64,000 bases of DNA from an uncultured virus (IMG/VR IMGVR_UViG_3300024343_000009) (IMGVR_UViG_3300024343_000009:1-64000), one strand, 5' to 3'. Shown: positions 39,548 to 49,422, counted from the stretch's first letter. Numbers and translations: made by a program. The notes: generated by a model not told the origin, from the letters alone.

Positions 39548-40473
39548 TTAAAGCTTTAGGGCTAGACATTGTTGCTGAACCAGGTAATGAGGTTATGTTC
39601 TACTGCCCATTTCATTCTAACCGACATACCGCAAGTTGTTGTATAAATAAATCATCAGGTGTTTGGCTTTGCTTTAACCCATCATGCGGAGAGGCTGGCA
39701 GTTTAACAGAGCTTGTAAGACGTGTATTGCATAAGAATGATTTTGAGGCTATTAGATTTATTGCTGCTCAAGAACAACAAGCATTAAATAACTTTGACGA
39801 AGTGATAGCAGGTTTGTTTGAAGAGAAGCCAGACTTTGAAGAGTTCTCACAAGAAACTCTTGATAGACTACATGCAGATTTAGCAGGCAATAAAAGTGCA
39901 AGAGACTACCTTGAGTCCAGAGGAATAAACAAAGACTCAGTAGATTACTTTAGATTGGGGTATTCGCCAGGGATGAATATGGTAATTACACCAGTACATA
40001 GTCCAGATGGAATGCCAATAGGATTGGTTGGAAGATCAATTGAGGGAAAGTCATTTAAGAATAGTACTAACTTGCCAAAGAGCAAAACATTATTTAATGT
40101 TCACCGTGCTAAGAAAATTGGCGAGCATGTAATTGTTGTTGAATCTAATTTTGATGCTGTTAGAATTCATCAGGCTGGGTTTCCTAATGTGGTAGCAGTT
40201 TTGGGCGGGGTGCTTTCAACAGAACAGCACAAAATATTAAATAGATATTTTAATAAAATAACTATAATGACAGATGCAGATTTGGCTGGCAGAGAGCTAG
40301 GCTTGAGCATAGCCAATAGATTGAGGAACAAAGACATCTTGTGGGCTTCCTATGAATATGGTAGAATATATCCACATGATGCAAAAGATGCTGGCGATAT
40401 GACAGATGAAGAAATAAAAACATGCATTAAGAATGCAGTTTCTGACATAGAGTACAGGTCTTGGACCCCATAA
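39475..40473 (+). CDS. dnaG: DNA primase (CHC2 zinc finger + TOPRIM)
   Basis: CPFH...C...C, YL..RGI, GR, VVESNFDA, TDAD.AG, KDAGD; start probably ATG 39475. Confidence 0.9.
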   Translation: MAIRGYNARKVDSTHYAPNHIKSIIKALGLDIVAEPGNEVMFYCPFHSNRHTASCCINKSSGVWLCFNPSCGEAGSLTELVRRVLHKNDFEAIRFIAAQEQQALNNFDEVIAGLFEEKPDFEEFSQETLDRLHADLAGNKSARDYLESRGINKDSVDYFRLGYSPGMNMVITPVHSPDGMPIGLVGRSIEGKSFKNSTNLPKSKTLFNVHRAKKIGEHVIVVESNFDAVRIHQAGFPNVVAVLGGVLSTEQHKILNRYFNKITIMTDADLAGRELGLSIANRLRNKDILWASYEYGRIYPHDAKDAGDMTDEEIKTCIKNAVSDIEYRSWTP

Positions 40474-40522
40474 AGTTAAATATACAGATGGATATATACC
40501 ATCAACTACAAAGGAGAAATAC

Positions 40523-41188
40523 ATGGGAATAGTAAAAGGGTTGAAAGACCTTAACAAGGTAATGGACAAGCCACAGTCTTCAGGTGGAGACGGTACAAAG
40601 GCTCGCTGGGTTAAGTTGGAAGATGGAGAAAGCGTTAAGGTTCGTTTTCTTCAAGAGCTTGATCCAGACTCACCTACATATAATGAAAAGCTAGGTCTAG
40701 GATTTATTGCAGTAGAACACACAAATCCAAAGGACTATCGTCGTAAGGCTCTATGCACAATGGACGATCAAGGAAAGTGCCACGGCTGTGAGCAACATCG
40801 TAAGGACTACAAGGCTGGATGGAAGGGTCGTTCAAGACTTTACATTAATGTTCTTGTTGATGACGGCAAGGAAGATCCATATGTTGGAATCTTGTCTCAA
40901 GGTTCAAGCGGTAAGACAATTACACCTACATTAATTGAGTACGCTGGGGAAATGGGAAGCATCACAAACTTGATGTGGCGCATTAAGCGTACTGGTACAA
41001 AGACAGATACAAGTTACACAATTATCCCATTAGCAAAGGATGAAACTCCTTTTGATGGTTCCTCTCTTGAGCTTTATAAGCTAGAAGAGACTGCAGTCCG
41101 TGATCTTCCATACACCGAACAAGAGTCATTTTTCTCTGGTGAAAACGGTGGAGAAGAGTCAGCTTCATCAAGCAGCGTAGACTGGTAA
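40523..41188 (+). CDS. phage-type (gp32-like) single-stranded DNA-binding protein
   Basis: KL.DGES..VRF, His/Cys cluster, IKR.G...DTSY, acidic tail ending VDW; SD AAGGAG. Confidence 0.65.
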   Translation: MGIVKGLKDLNKVMDKPQSSGGDGTKARWVKLEDGESVKVRFLQELDPDSPTYNEKLGLGFIAVEHTNPKDYRRKALCTMDDQGKCHGCEQHRKDYKAGWKGRSRLYINVLVDDGKEDPYVGILSQGSSGKTITPTLIEYAGEMGSITNLMWRIKRTGTKTDTSYTIIPLAKDETPFDGSSLELYKLEETAVRDLPYTEQESFFSGENGGEESASSSSVDW

Positions 41189-41198
41189 TATAAATAGT

Positions 41199-41242
41199 TG
41201 CAGGGCTGGTCTATTGACTGGCCCTGCATTATTTGTTAGAAT
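41199..41242 (+). promoter_or_regulatory. terminator hairpin overlapping promoter TTGACT-N17-TAGAAT
   Basis: TGCAGGGCTGGTC-TATT-GACTGGCCCTGCA; -35 at 41214-41219, -10 at 41237-41242. Confidence 0.65.
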
Positions 41243-41248
41243 AACAAC

Positions 41249-41455
41249 ATGATCTCATATGAAATACCAGACCCATTTGATACCTTTGTAGCAAACAAGT
41301 ACAAGGACTATAAGGGTATGTTATATGATTTCTTTGCAAAGGAATGGCATATGAAGGCAGCTTGTTGCGGAGAAGATTTATATGCACCAAATAAAAAAAC
41401 AATGACTAAGATTAGACTTTATCATACAAGAAACGAATGCATGGGCGGATACTAA
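41249..41455 (+). CDS. small Cys/His hypothetical protein
   Basis: CCG...H...C; TAATG overlap with dnaE. Confidence 0.55.
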   Translation: MISYEIPDPFDTFVANKYKDYKGMLYDFFAKEWHMKAACCGEDLYAPNKKTMTKIRLYHTRNECMGGY

Positions 41456-44400
41456 TGAGCTTTACACATCTACACGTTCACTCATATTACTCATTAATGG
41501 ATGGGCTAAACTCACCACTTGAGCTTGTTCAAGCTGCAAAAGCGGCGGGTCAAAAAGCAATTGCCATTACAGATCATGGAACGCTATCCTCTCATCGTGA
41601 AATGCAGATAGCATGTAAAGAAGAAGGCATCAAGCCTATCCTGGGAGTAGAAGCATACATTTCACCAACAGATAGATTTGATAAATCATCAAAGACGGAT
41701 AAGTCAATTCAGGCTTATAACCATATTATCTTGCTAGCAAAAAACAAAAAGGGCTTAGAGAATATTAATATCCTTCAAGAGATTGCTTGGAATGAAGGAT
41801 TCTATCATAAGCCTAGAATCGATAGGGAGGTCCTAAATGAATACTCTGAAGGCATCATCGTACTTTCTGGATGTCTTAATGGTCTTATTTCTAAGGCTAT
41901 CGAAAAGGGCGAATTCTCTGAAGCTAAGATGGTTCTCAAAGATTTTAAAAAGACTTTCGGTGAAGATTTTTATGTTGAGGTTCAATCTCACAACCCCGCA
42001 GAAATAAACTCTAAGTTGCTTGAGCTTGCCGATGAACTAAAAATTAAGGCGGTGGCAACTGGAGATGCACACTTTGCTAAGGAAGAAGACCGTGTACTAG
42101 AAGAGGCAATGCTTATTCTATCAACATCCCCTAAAATGGATAAGGATGCTGACTTTGAAATGTCTAGACAGATTAAAGATATTAATGAAAGATTAAATTA
42201 CCTATACCCAGACCGTAGAATTTCATTTCAAGATTACAATTTATTTATTCAGTCACAATCTGAAATTGAGTCCGATTTCAAAAAGGCTGGAATTACTCGT
42301 ACAGATATATATGAGAATACTATTAAAATTGCTGATAAGGTTGAGGAATACGACTTTAACAGTGGTTTAGACCTGCTCCCAGTACCTAAGACAGATGCCG
42401 ACGAGAAACTGGCTCAGATGGCCTCTGAAGGCCTTAAAAGACTAGGTCTAGCAGAGTCTCAAGTATACATTGATAGGCTTGAGGAAGAGCTATCTGTAAT
42501 TAAAGATAAGTCATTTGCCTCCTACTTTTTGGTAGTTGCAGATATGATTAACTGGGCAAAAGAAAATGATATCAAGGTTGGGCCAGGCCGTGGATCTGCT
42601 GCAGGCTCACTGGTATGCTATGCACTTGGAATTACAGATGTAGACCCAATTAAGTATGACCTACTATTCTTTCGTTTTATTAATCCAGAACGTAATGACT
42701 TTCCAGATATTGATACAGACTTTGAAGACCGCCGTCGTAAAGAAGTTAAAGACTATTTAAAGAAAAAGTTTAAGCACGTTGCATCTATTTCTACATACAC
42801 TTACTTTAAGGATAAGGGTGTTATTAGAGATGCTGCTCGTGTATTTATGGTGCCACTATCTGATGTTAACCGTGCAATGAAGTCTATTGATACCTTTGAA
42901 GATTTTATTGAGTCCCCCAACACAAAAGAATTTAGAACTAAATACCCAGAAGTTGTTTGGCTTGCAGACAGATTGCGTGGAAGAATTAGATCTGTTGGAG
43001 TACACGCAGCAGGAGTTGTTGTTGCAAAAGATGATATTAGAAAGTATGCTCCAGTTGAATCTAGAGCAGATGCAAGTGATTTAGTTTCTGGAAGAATTCC
43101 TGTTGTGGCATACGATATGGATACGGTTGCAGATATAGGTCTTATTAAGCTAGATGCCCTAGGTCTTAAAACTTTATCTGTGATCTCAGATACTTTATCT
43201 TCAATTAAAAAGAGATCAGGTAAAGACATTAATCTTTCTGAATTGCCACTAGATGATGCAAACGTATATAAAATATTAAGCGAGGGCTATACAAAGGGAG
43301 TGTTTCAGGCAGAAGCAACTCCTTATACAAACTTACTTATAAAAATGGGTGTAGATAAGTTTGAAGATCTTGCTGCTTCAAATGCGCTTGTTCGTCCAGG
43401 AGCAATGAATACTGTGGGTGCTTCTTATATTAAGCGTAAGCATGGTGATGAAGCAGTACAGTTTATTCATCCAATCATGAAGCCATTTACAGAAAACACA
43501 TATGGAGTTATTATTTATCAAGAGCAGGTTATGCAAGCTTGTGTACACCTAGGAGGAATGACCTGGTCAGAAGCTGACAAGGTTCGTAAAATTATTGGAA
43601 AGAAGAAAGATGCAAAAGAGTTCGACCAGTTCAAGGATCGCTTTATTGATGGCGCTTCAAAACACATTTCTAAGAAGCAAGCAGAAACGCTATGGCATAC
43701 TTTCGAGGCTCATGCTGGGTATTCTTTTAACCGTTCCCATGCTGTTGCTTACTCTATGCTCTCTTACTATACGGCTTGGCTCAAGACTTATTATCCTTTG
43801 GAGTTTATGTTTTCGATCCTTAAAAACGAAAATGACAAAGACGCCAGAACAGAATATTTAATTGAAGCAAAAAGATTAAAGCTAAGCATAAAGCTTCCAC
43901 ACATCAATGAGTCAGATGTTTTCTTTTCTTTAAAGGGAGACTCAATTCGATTCGGTCTCGGAGAAGTAAAGTTTATTTCAGACAGTATTGCAAATAAAAT
44001 TATTGATCAAAGACCATTTAATTCTTATTCAGAGTTTATTGAAAAGGCTTCTAAGAAAGGGAGTGGAATCAATAGTCGTGCTATCTCTGCACTAAATGCA
44101 ATCGGTGGTGCGGCATTTGAAGATAATCCAAGAAATGGTAATGAGAAAGATAACTACTACGAGTATTTAGGCATACCAACATTTAACTTAGAAGGAATTC
44201 CTCCACGTATTAAATCACAGGCTAGACCAATTGAGGAGTTTGAAGACCTAGGTTCATTTGTAATGTTTGGAATGGTTAAGTCTATTAAGCGTGGCAACGG
44301 GTGGGCACGTATTGAGTTAGTAGATGAAACTGGATCTATTGGCTTGTTCCATACGGAACAAACTCAAATAGAAACTGGACAGATGTATTTTATTCTTGTT

Positions 44401-44724
44401 GGTGATAATAGAATTGCTCGTTATGTAAAGGTAAGCGATATTGATCCTTCAGGCTCTAATTCATTTGTAGATTACCTTTATAAAAAACGATACGACCTTG
44501 ACGAAGATGAGTATGTTGTAGTAGACTTTACTCCGTATGTAACCAAGGCGGGCAAAACAATGAGCCATATTATATTGGCAAATTCTGAAAAGGAATTAAC
44601 TAGAGTAATTGCTTTTCCAACAATGTATAAGATGTCCCTAGCCAAAATGCGTGAGGGAATGAAGTGTAAAGTAGTTCTATCAACATTAGATGATGGAACA
44701 TTAATGGTAAAGGAAATAAAATGA
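41455..44724 (+). CDS. dnaE: DNA polymerase III alpha subunit
   Basis: PHP HLHVHSYYSLMDG, AITDHG, GRGSAAGSLVCY, FPDIDTDF, KLDALGL, YSFNRSHA; start at ATG 41455. Confidence 0.97.
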   Translation: MSFTHLHVHSYYSLMDGLNSPLELVQAAKAAGQKAIAITDHGTLSSHREMQIACKEEGIKPILGVEAYISPTDRFDKSSKTDKSIQAYNHIILLAKNKKGLENINILQEIAWNEGFYHKPRIDREVLNEYSEGIIVLSGCLNGLISKAIEKGEFSEAKMVLKDFKKTFGEDFYVEVQSHNPAEINSKLLELADELKIKAVATGDAHFAKEEDRVLEEAMLILSTSPKMDKDADFEMSRQIKDINERLNYLYPDRRISFQDYNLFIQSQSEIESDFKKAGITRTDIYENTIKIADKVEEYDFNSGLDLLPVPKTDADEKLAQMASEGLKRLGLAESQVYIDRLEEELSVIKDKSFASYFLVVADMINWAKENDIKVGPGRGSAAGSLVCYALGITDVDPIKYDLLFFRFINPERNDFPDIDTDFEDRRRKEVKDYLKKKFKHVASISTYTYFKDKGVIRDAARVFMVPLSDVNRAMKSIDTFEDFIESPNTKEFRTKYPEVVWLADRLRGRIRSVGVHAAGVVVAKDDIRKYAPVESRADASDLVSGRIPVVAYDMDTVADIGLIKLDALGLKTLSVISDTLSSIKKRSGKDINLSELPLDDANVYKILSEGYTKGVFQAEATPYTNLLIKMGVDKFEDLAASNALVRPGAMNTVGASYIKRKHGDEAVQFIHPIMKPFTENTYGVIIYQEQVMQACVHLGGMTWSEADKVRKIIGKKKDAKEFDQFKDRFIDGASKHISKKQAETLWHTFEAHAGYSFNRSHAVAYSMLSYYTAWLKTYYPLEFMFSILKNENDKDARTEYLIEAKRLKLSIKLPHINESDVFFSLKGDSIRFGLGEVKFISDSIANKIIDQRPFNSYSEFIEKASKKGSGINSRAISALNAIGGAAFEDNPRNGNEKDNYYEYLGIPTFNLEGIPPRIKSQARPIEEFEDLGSFVMFGMVKSIKRGNGWARIELVDETGSIGLFHTEQTQIETGQMYFILVGDNRIARYVKVSDIDPSGSNSFVDYLYKKRYDLDEDEYVVVDFTPYVTKAGKTMSHIILANSEKELTRVIAFPTMYKMSLAKMREGMKCKVVLSTLDDGTLMVKEIK

Positions 44725-44990
44725 CAGAAGAATATGATATTAATGATGTTCAAGCTTCATTAACGGCTAGCAAGGTTCTTGTTGCAATTCTTGAAACACT
44801 AGGTGAAGTAAGAGTTGAAACAAAAACCCTGGTTGGTGCAGAAAATAAAGATAAAGAATTAATTGTTGACTATGATGAGACGGGCCCAGCATTCATTTTT
44901 AGACTTCCAAAGCCAGGGGATCTTGAGTACAATGCAGAAATTGTTCAAGATGTTCCAAGCGAAGAGGAATTGATTAATGACTTCGAATAG
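44721..44990 (+). CDS. hypothetical protein
   Basis: 89 aa acidic ORF coupled to dnaE. Confidence 0.55.
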   Translation: MTEEYDINDVQASLTASKVLVAILETLGEVRVETKTLVGAENKDKELIVDYDETGPAFIFRLPKPGDLEYNAEIVQDVPSEEELINDFE

Positions 44991-45324
44991 TATTGTTACA
45001 GAATTTGGACTAGATGCACTTTCTGCAGTTCTCCATGAAACTGCTATTGAAAAGGGTTTCTGGGATGGAACAATTAGTTATGATAAGGTTGGCAACAAGC
45101 TAGCTCTTGTTCATTCAGAGGTAACAGAAGTTCTTGAAGCAATTAGAAAGAATAAAGGATCAGAAGAAGTTGTTGAAGAAATGGCTGACGTAATTATTAG
45201 ATTATTAGACATTTATGCAGCAATGAGAAATTCAGGAGATTTAATTCATAGCCTAGATGACGTTCTAGATAAAAAAATTAATATAAATAAAGAACGACCA
45301 AAGCTTCACGGCAATTTATTTTAA
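44977..45324 (+). CDS. MazG-like nucleotide pyrophosphohydrolase
   Basis: LALVHSEVTEVLEA.RK...EEMADVIIRLLD, K..IN..RP..HG. Confidence 0.85.
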   Translation: MTSNSIVTEFGLDALSAVLHETAIEKGFWDGTISYDKVGNKLALVHSEVTEVLEAIRKNKGSEEVVEEMADVIIRLLDIYAAMRNSGDLIHSLDDVLDKKININKERPKLHGNLF

Positions 45325-45353
45325 TGCTATACTAAGGGAAAGAAAAGGTTTAC

Positions 45354-46358
45354 ATGAGTATATTAATAGATGATGTATTAGCAAAATTAGATCCAAAAAC
45401 AAGAGCAAGAGTCCAATCAGCACAAGATGTTCAAGTTGAAAAACAACTTACACCAAGCATTGGATTAAACTTTGCTTTACGAGGCGGTTTGGGTTATGGT
45501 AGACAGGTTCTTGTCTGGGGAAATAAGTCTGCTGGAAAGTCTTCTTTCTGTTTGCAGATGATTGCAATGGCACAAAAAGAAGGAAAGACCTGTGCTTGGA
45601 TTGATGCAGAGGCATCGTATGATCAGTCGTGGGCAGAAAGCTTAGGAGTAGATTCATCTTCCCTTATCTATTCTCCAGCAAAAACTGTAAACGATATGGT
45701 TGATGTTGGCACAAAGCTTATGGACGCAGGTGTAGACTTAATTGTTGTAGATTCAATCTCTGCACTGCTTCCAGCAATCTATTTTGAAAAAGATGGAAAT
45801 GAAATGAAAGATTTGCAAGACACAAAGCAAATCGGCGCTGAAGCAAAGGATATGACCCACGCAGTCAAGATGTTAAACTATGCAAACAAAAACACACTAC
45901 TTGTTCTCATCTCACAACAACGAAATCAATTTGGATCTATGCATGCTAGTCACATCCCAACAGGTGGCATGGCAGTCAAGTTCTTTTCTTCCACTGTCAT
46001 TAAACTCTGGTCGTCTGAAGCTGAGGCGAATGCTATTAAGGCTGGGATTAAAGTTGGCGACAAGATCATTGAACAAAGGGTTGGACGGCCAGTTAACTGG
46101 ATTATTGATTACAACAAACTCGGTCCCCCAAATCTATCGGGACAATATGACTTTTACTACCAAGGGGAAACTCTTGGTGTAGATCGCATAGGTGAAACAC
46201 TAGATGTTGCAGAGATGTGTGGCATTGTAGAAAAAGGTGGAGCATGGTATACAGTAAATGGAGAACGTTTTCAAGGACGTGCAAAGGCTGTAGCATATTT
46301 AAAGGAAAATCCAGATGTTGCAGACAGCTTGGAAGAAGAGATAAATGCCAAATCTTAA
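45354..46358 (+). CDS. recA: RecA/UvsX-like recombinase
   Basis: LNFALRGG, Walker A GNKSAGKSS, WIDAE, IVVDSISAL, TGG.AVKF, K.GAWY, QGR. Confidence 0.92.
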   Translation: MSILIDDVLAKLDPKTRARVQSAQDVQVEKQLTPSIGLNFALRGGLGYGRQVLVWGNKSAGKSSFCLQMIAMAQKEGKTCAWIDAEASYDQSWAESLGVDSSSLIYSPAKTVNDMVDVGTKLMDAGVDLIVVDSISALLPAIYFEKDGNEMKDLQDTKQIGAEAKDMTHAVKMLNYANKNTLLVLISQQRNQFGSMHASHIPTGGMAVKFFSSTVIKLWSSEAEANAIKAGIKVGDKIIEQRVGRPVNWIIDYNKLGPPNLSGQYDFYYQGETLGVDRIGETLDVAEMCGIVEKGGAWYTVNGERFQGRAKAVAYLKENPDVADSLEEEINAKS

Positions 46359-46533
46359 TGAATTTTTTGATAAAAAAATTGAGCAAAAAGAATATAGTCT
46401 AGAAAAGCTTCCAGGTCTTAGGGCATGTAACACATGTGATGAGGATGTAAATGGAGCTACATGGGACCCAATAGAGTTAGTAATGTCTTGGAGATGTTCT
46501 AAGGGTCATGAAACAATTTTTAAGGTTCAGTAA
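46345..46533 (+). CDS. small zinc-ribbon protein
   Basis: CNTC...C..GH. Confidence 0.55.
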   Translation: MPNLNEFFDKKIEQKEYSLEKLPGLRACNTCDEDVNGATWDPIELVMSWRCSKGHETIFKVQ

Positions 46534-46841
46534 TGTCAGAAAGAGCAGAAGTAAAAAGAGATGGTGCTAAGGCACAAAAAAATAGTGGCCGTGGTGACTA
46601 TCAAAAAGGTGATGCAAAGTGGAATCAGTTTCTTGTAGACTACAAGGAATCCAAAGCGTCATTTAATTTAAACAAAGATGTATGGGCTAAAATCTGTACA
46701 GATACTTTTAAGGTAAGTCGAGATATGCATCCCGCTCTTAAAATAATTATCGGTGAGGATTCCAAGGTTCGACTTGGAATCATTGAGTGGTCAGTCTTAG
46801 AAGACTTGATCGCATTCTGGGAGGAAAATAAAAATGGCTAA
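46533..46841 (+). CDS. PD-(D/E)XK nuclease, Hjc-like resolvase
   Basis: SE, NSG, KGD, VDYK.S motif arrangement. Confidence 0.65.
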   Translation: MSERAEVKRDGAKAQKNSGRGDYQKGDAKWNQFLVDYKESKASFNLNKDVWAKICTDTFKVSRDMHPALKIIIGEDSKVRLGIIEWSVLEDLIAFWEENKNG

Positions 46842-47229
46842 TCCAACAATTACAATCGTTGGTCGTGTAGGACAGGATCCAGTTAAGCTAAATAATGGCG
46901 GAGTAAGACTTCGTATTGTTTCAAATGATCGTGTAAAGAATGATGCAACCAATCAATGGGATGACAAAGACACATCATGGTGGACGGTGAAGGCCTGGAA
47001 GAGTTTGGCGGAACAAAGTATTGCTACCCTTAAGAAGGGTCAAGAAGTGGTTATTGTAGGTAAGATCTACGAAGAGACATGGAAAGATAAAGAAGGCAAT
47101 AGCAGAACATCTTACGATGTGAATGCAGATACTATTGCTGTAACTACATGGTCTTTGTCTAAGGATGCCCCAAAGTCATTTAGCCCTATTAAAGATTGGC
47201 ATATGGATGATGTAGAGGTTCCTTTCTAA
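46834..47229 (+). CDS. ssb: bacterial-type single-stranded DNA-binding protein
   Basis: ITIVGRVGQDP, V.AW..LAE, LKKG..V...G, C-terminal DDVEVPF. Confidence 0.88.
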   Translation: MANPTITIVGRVGQDPVKLNNGGVRLRIVSNDRVKNDATNQWDDKDTSWWTVKAWKSLAEQSIATLKKGQEVVIVGKIYEETWKDKEGNSRTSYDVNADTIAVTTWSLSKDAPKSFSPIKDWHMDDVEVPF

Positions 47230-47387
47230 TGAAGGAATTAATCTATACAACACTTACTGGAGTTGCAGTTGGCGGAGTTTTTAGTATATTCAAGCTTCCT
47301 ATCCCAGCACCACCAGTATTTGCTGGGCTCATGGGAATTGTAGGTTTATGGATTGGGTATGCAATTGTTCAAAAGGCTTTTGCATGA
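47229..47387 (+). CDS. XapX-like (DUF1427) small membrane protein (52 aa, not in ORF track)
   Basis: MKELIYTTLTGVAVGGVFSIFKLPIPAPPVFAGLMGIVGLWIGYAIVQKAFA; LPIPAPP between two hydrophobic helices. Confidence 0.7.
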   Translation: MKELIYTTLTGVAVGGVFSIFKLPIPAPPVFAGLMGIVGLWIGYAIVQKAFA

Positions 47388-47488
47388 CATACTTTTTATT
47401 TGGAGTATTGTTGGGATTTTCAATCGGGTACCCCTTTGGATTGTTTATAGACAAGGTAGATAAATGGCAGAAGACAAAAACACGCTAG
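47384..47488 (+). CDS. 34-aa single-TM peptide (not in ORF track)
   Basis: MTYFLFGVLLGFSIGYPFGLFIDKVDKWQKTKTR; ATGA overlap with upstream gene. Confidence 0.4.
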   Translation: MTYFLFGVLLGFSIGYPFGLFIDKVDKWQKTKTR

Positions 47489-47802
47489 AACTAATCAGTA
47501 ACATTACTGAGTTTAATGACTTGCATGAGTTTATGAAAGATGAACATCTAGATAAAGCATTGGCTATTGTTGTAAAGCTGCTAATGAACCCAGATGTACC
47601 TTCTGCAAAGGCTCCAATGCTTATCATGGAACTTCAGGCAATGTCTACTAAGTTTGCAGTAATGTCTTCAGTTTATTCTACTATTGCCAAAGATAAAGCG
47701 GGAACAGTAAACAACAATAAGAAGAATGTATATTATTCAGTAAAGGAGTCCATAGACAAGCTTGTAGATGCACTCAAGTATGTTGTTAGGTATAATTCAT
47801 AA
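47464..47802 (+). CDS. hypothetical protein
   Basis: 112 aa helical ORF adjacent to Cas4-like gene. Confidence 0.6.
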   Translation: MAEDKNTLELISNITEFNDLHEFMKDEHLDKALAIVVKLLMNPDVPSAKAPMLIMELQAMSTKFAVMSSVYSTIAKDKAGTVNNNKKNVYYSVKESIDKLVDALKYVVRYNS

Positions 47803-48594
47803 ATGGCTAGAGATATTGTAAAGAACCTTAAGTTCAAAAAGCATACAGGAAAGTATTTTGATCCTGAGCTTTTTGCTCAGCTACTTGATGAGTCATACCG
47901 AAATACAAAACGTGCCGATGGTGAGATGACAAAGAAATCATTTAGCCCAAGTTCGCTTGGCTATGGGCATGGTAATTGCCCAAGATACTGGTATATGGCT
48001 TTTAGTGGTGCTATGTTTATTGATGATAATGATGCTGTTGCAGTGGCTAACATGGCTCAAGGAACACAAGCTCATGAAAGACTTCAAAAGCTTATTTCTA
48101 CAATGCCGCAGTTTAAAACTGAAGAAGAAGAAATTATAAACGAGTATCCACCCATTAGAGGTTTTATAGATCTTATTATGGAGTATGATGGAGAACTTGT
48201 AATAGGTGAAATTAAGACTGCTAAGCAAGAAGTCTGGGACACAAGACAGTCTGAAATGAAGCCATCTGCTAACCATATGCTACAGCTTTTAACTTACATG
48301 AAGTTAAAGAATGCCAAGGAGGGATTCTTTCTTTATGAAAATAAAAATACTCAAGAGATATTAGTTATCCCAATCAGCATGAATGAACGCAATAAAGAAA
48401 TTATTGAGAGTACATTTAGATGGCTAGAATCAGTATGGGATAACTTTCAAAATGGATATCTTCCAAGAAGACCAGAAGGTGCAACTAAATCAAAGATGCC
48501 TTGTACCTATTGCCCAATTAAAAAAGAATGTTACGCAAAGGGCGGTCCAGAAGGTACTGTAGATCTAGATATATTTGTGGTGCCTAAGATATGA
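47803..48594 (+). CDS. Cas4-like/RecB-family exonuclease
   Basis: CPRYWY, GT..HE, G.ID...GEIKT, Q...Y, C-terminal C..CP....C (four-Cys Fe-S arrangement). Confidence 0.85.
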   Translation: MARDIVKNLKFKKHTGKYFDPELFAQLLDESYRNTKRADGEMTKKSFSPSSLGYGHGNCPRYWYMAFSGAMFIDDNDAVAVANMAQGTQAHERLQKLISTMPQFKTEEEEIINEYPPIRGFIDLIMEYDGELVIGEIKTAKQEVWDTRQSEMKPSANHMLQLLTYMKLKNAKEGFFLYENKNTQEILVIPISMNERNKEIIESTFRWLESVWDNFQNGYLPRRPEGATKSKMPCTYCPIKKECYAKGGPEGTVDLDIFVVPKI

Positions 48595-48869
48595 TTTGTG
48601 CTAACAAGGAATGTGCTAAAGACTTTGAGCCTAAAACTCATAATCAAAAATACTGTACAGACGAATGCTGCAGAGTTGCAACAAATCGTAGAATTATGGA
48701 AAAATATTATGAGAAGAAAGCTATTAGAAATGGAGCAGTTCGTCCATGCAAGAGATGTAAGATACAATTAAGTAGATACAATAAAACAGAATACTGCGCT
48801 ACATGTGAAAAGAATATTGACTTGACCACAAAAGGCAAAGTAAAAAGGATGTTAGATGACATTGGCTAG
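48591..48869 (+). CDS. multi-Cys zinc finger protein
   Basis: C....C..F.P....QKYC...C, C..C, C..C. Confidence 0.65.
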   Translation: MICANKECAKDFEPKTHNQKYCTDECCRVATNRRIMEKYYEKKAIRNGAVRPCKRCKIQLSRYNKTEYCATCEKNIDLTTKGKVKRMLDDIG

Positions 48870-49422
48870 TCTTGCAAAGACAAAAGCAAATAGAGTTTTA
48901 GGTATAGATGCCTCAACAAACTCTATTGCTTTCTGCTTGATGGAAGACGACAAGCCATTAAAGTGGGGCAAGATTGAGCTAAATGGTCTAGACATATACG
49001 AAAAAATTTATGATGCAAAAAAGAAAATGCATTCAATGTTAGAAGAACTGAAGTCAGATTACATTGTTGTTGAGGGTGCAGTGTTTGTTAAGTCGGCAGA
49101 TGCTGTAATTAAACTATCATATGTTTATGGAGTTGTTATTGCAGAACTAATGTCTACAGGTGCTAAAGTTATAACTATATCCCCTTCTTCTTGGCAGGCA
49201 TATATAGGTAATAAGAATCCTACCAAGGAAGAAAAGCAGGCAATAAGAACACAGAACCCAGGCTACGCTGATTCCTGGTATCAGAATAAATTAAGAAACA
49301 TGAGAAAGCAGAGAACTGCTGACTACTTTAATAGGAAGTATGATTTAAATGTGGTGGATTTTGACGTTGCAGACAGCTTTGGTATTGCACATTATGCTAA
49401 CAAGGTGCTGACAGAGCGATGA
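48856..49422 (+). CDS. RuvC-like Holliday junction resolvase
   Basis: VLGIDAS, IVVEG, D.ADSFGIA. Confidence 0.8.
   Translation: MTLASLAKTKANRVLGIDASTNSIAFCLMEDDKPLKWGKIELNGLDIYEKIYDAKKKMHSMLEELKSDYIVVEGAVFVKSADAVIKLSYVYGVVIAELMSTGAKVITISPSSWQAYIGNKNPTKEEKQAIRTQNPGYADSWYQNKLRNMRKQRTADYFNRKYDLNVVDFDVADSFGIAHYANKVLTER

Noticed and set aside
47803..48594. Cas4-like gene as evidence of a CRISPR-Cas system
   Set aside because: No repeat-spacer array or other cas genes seen; context is recombination
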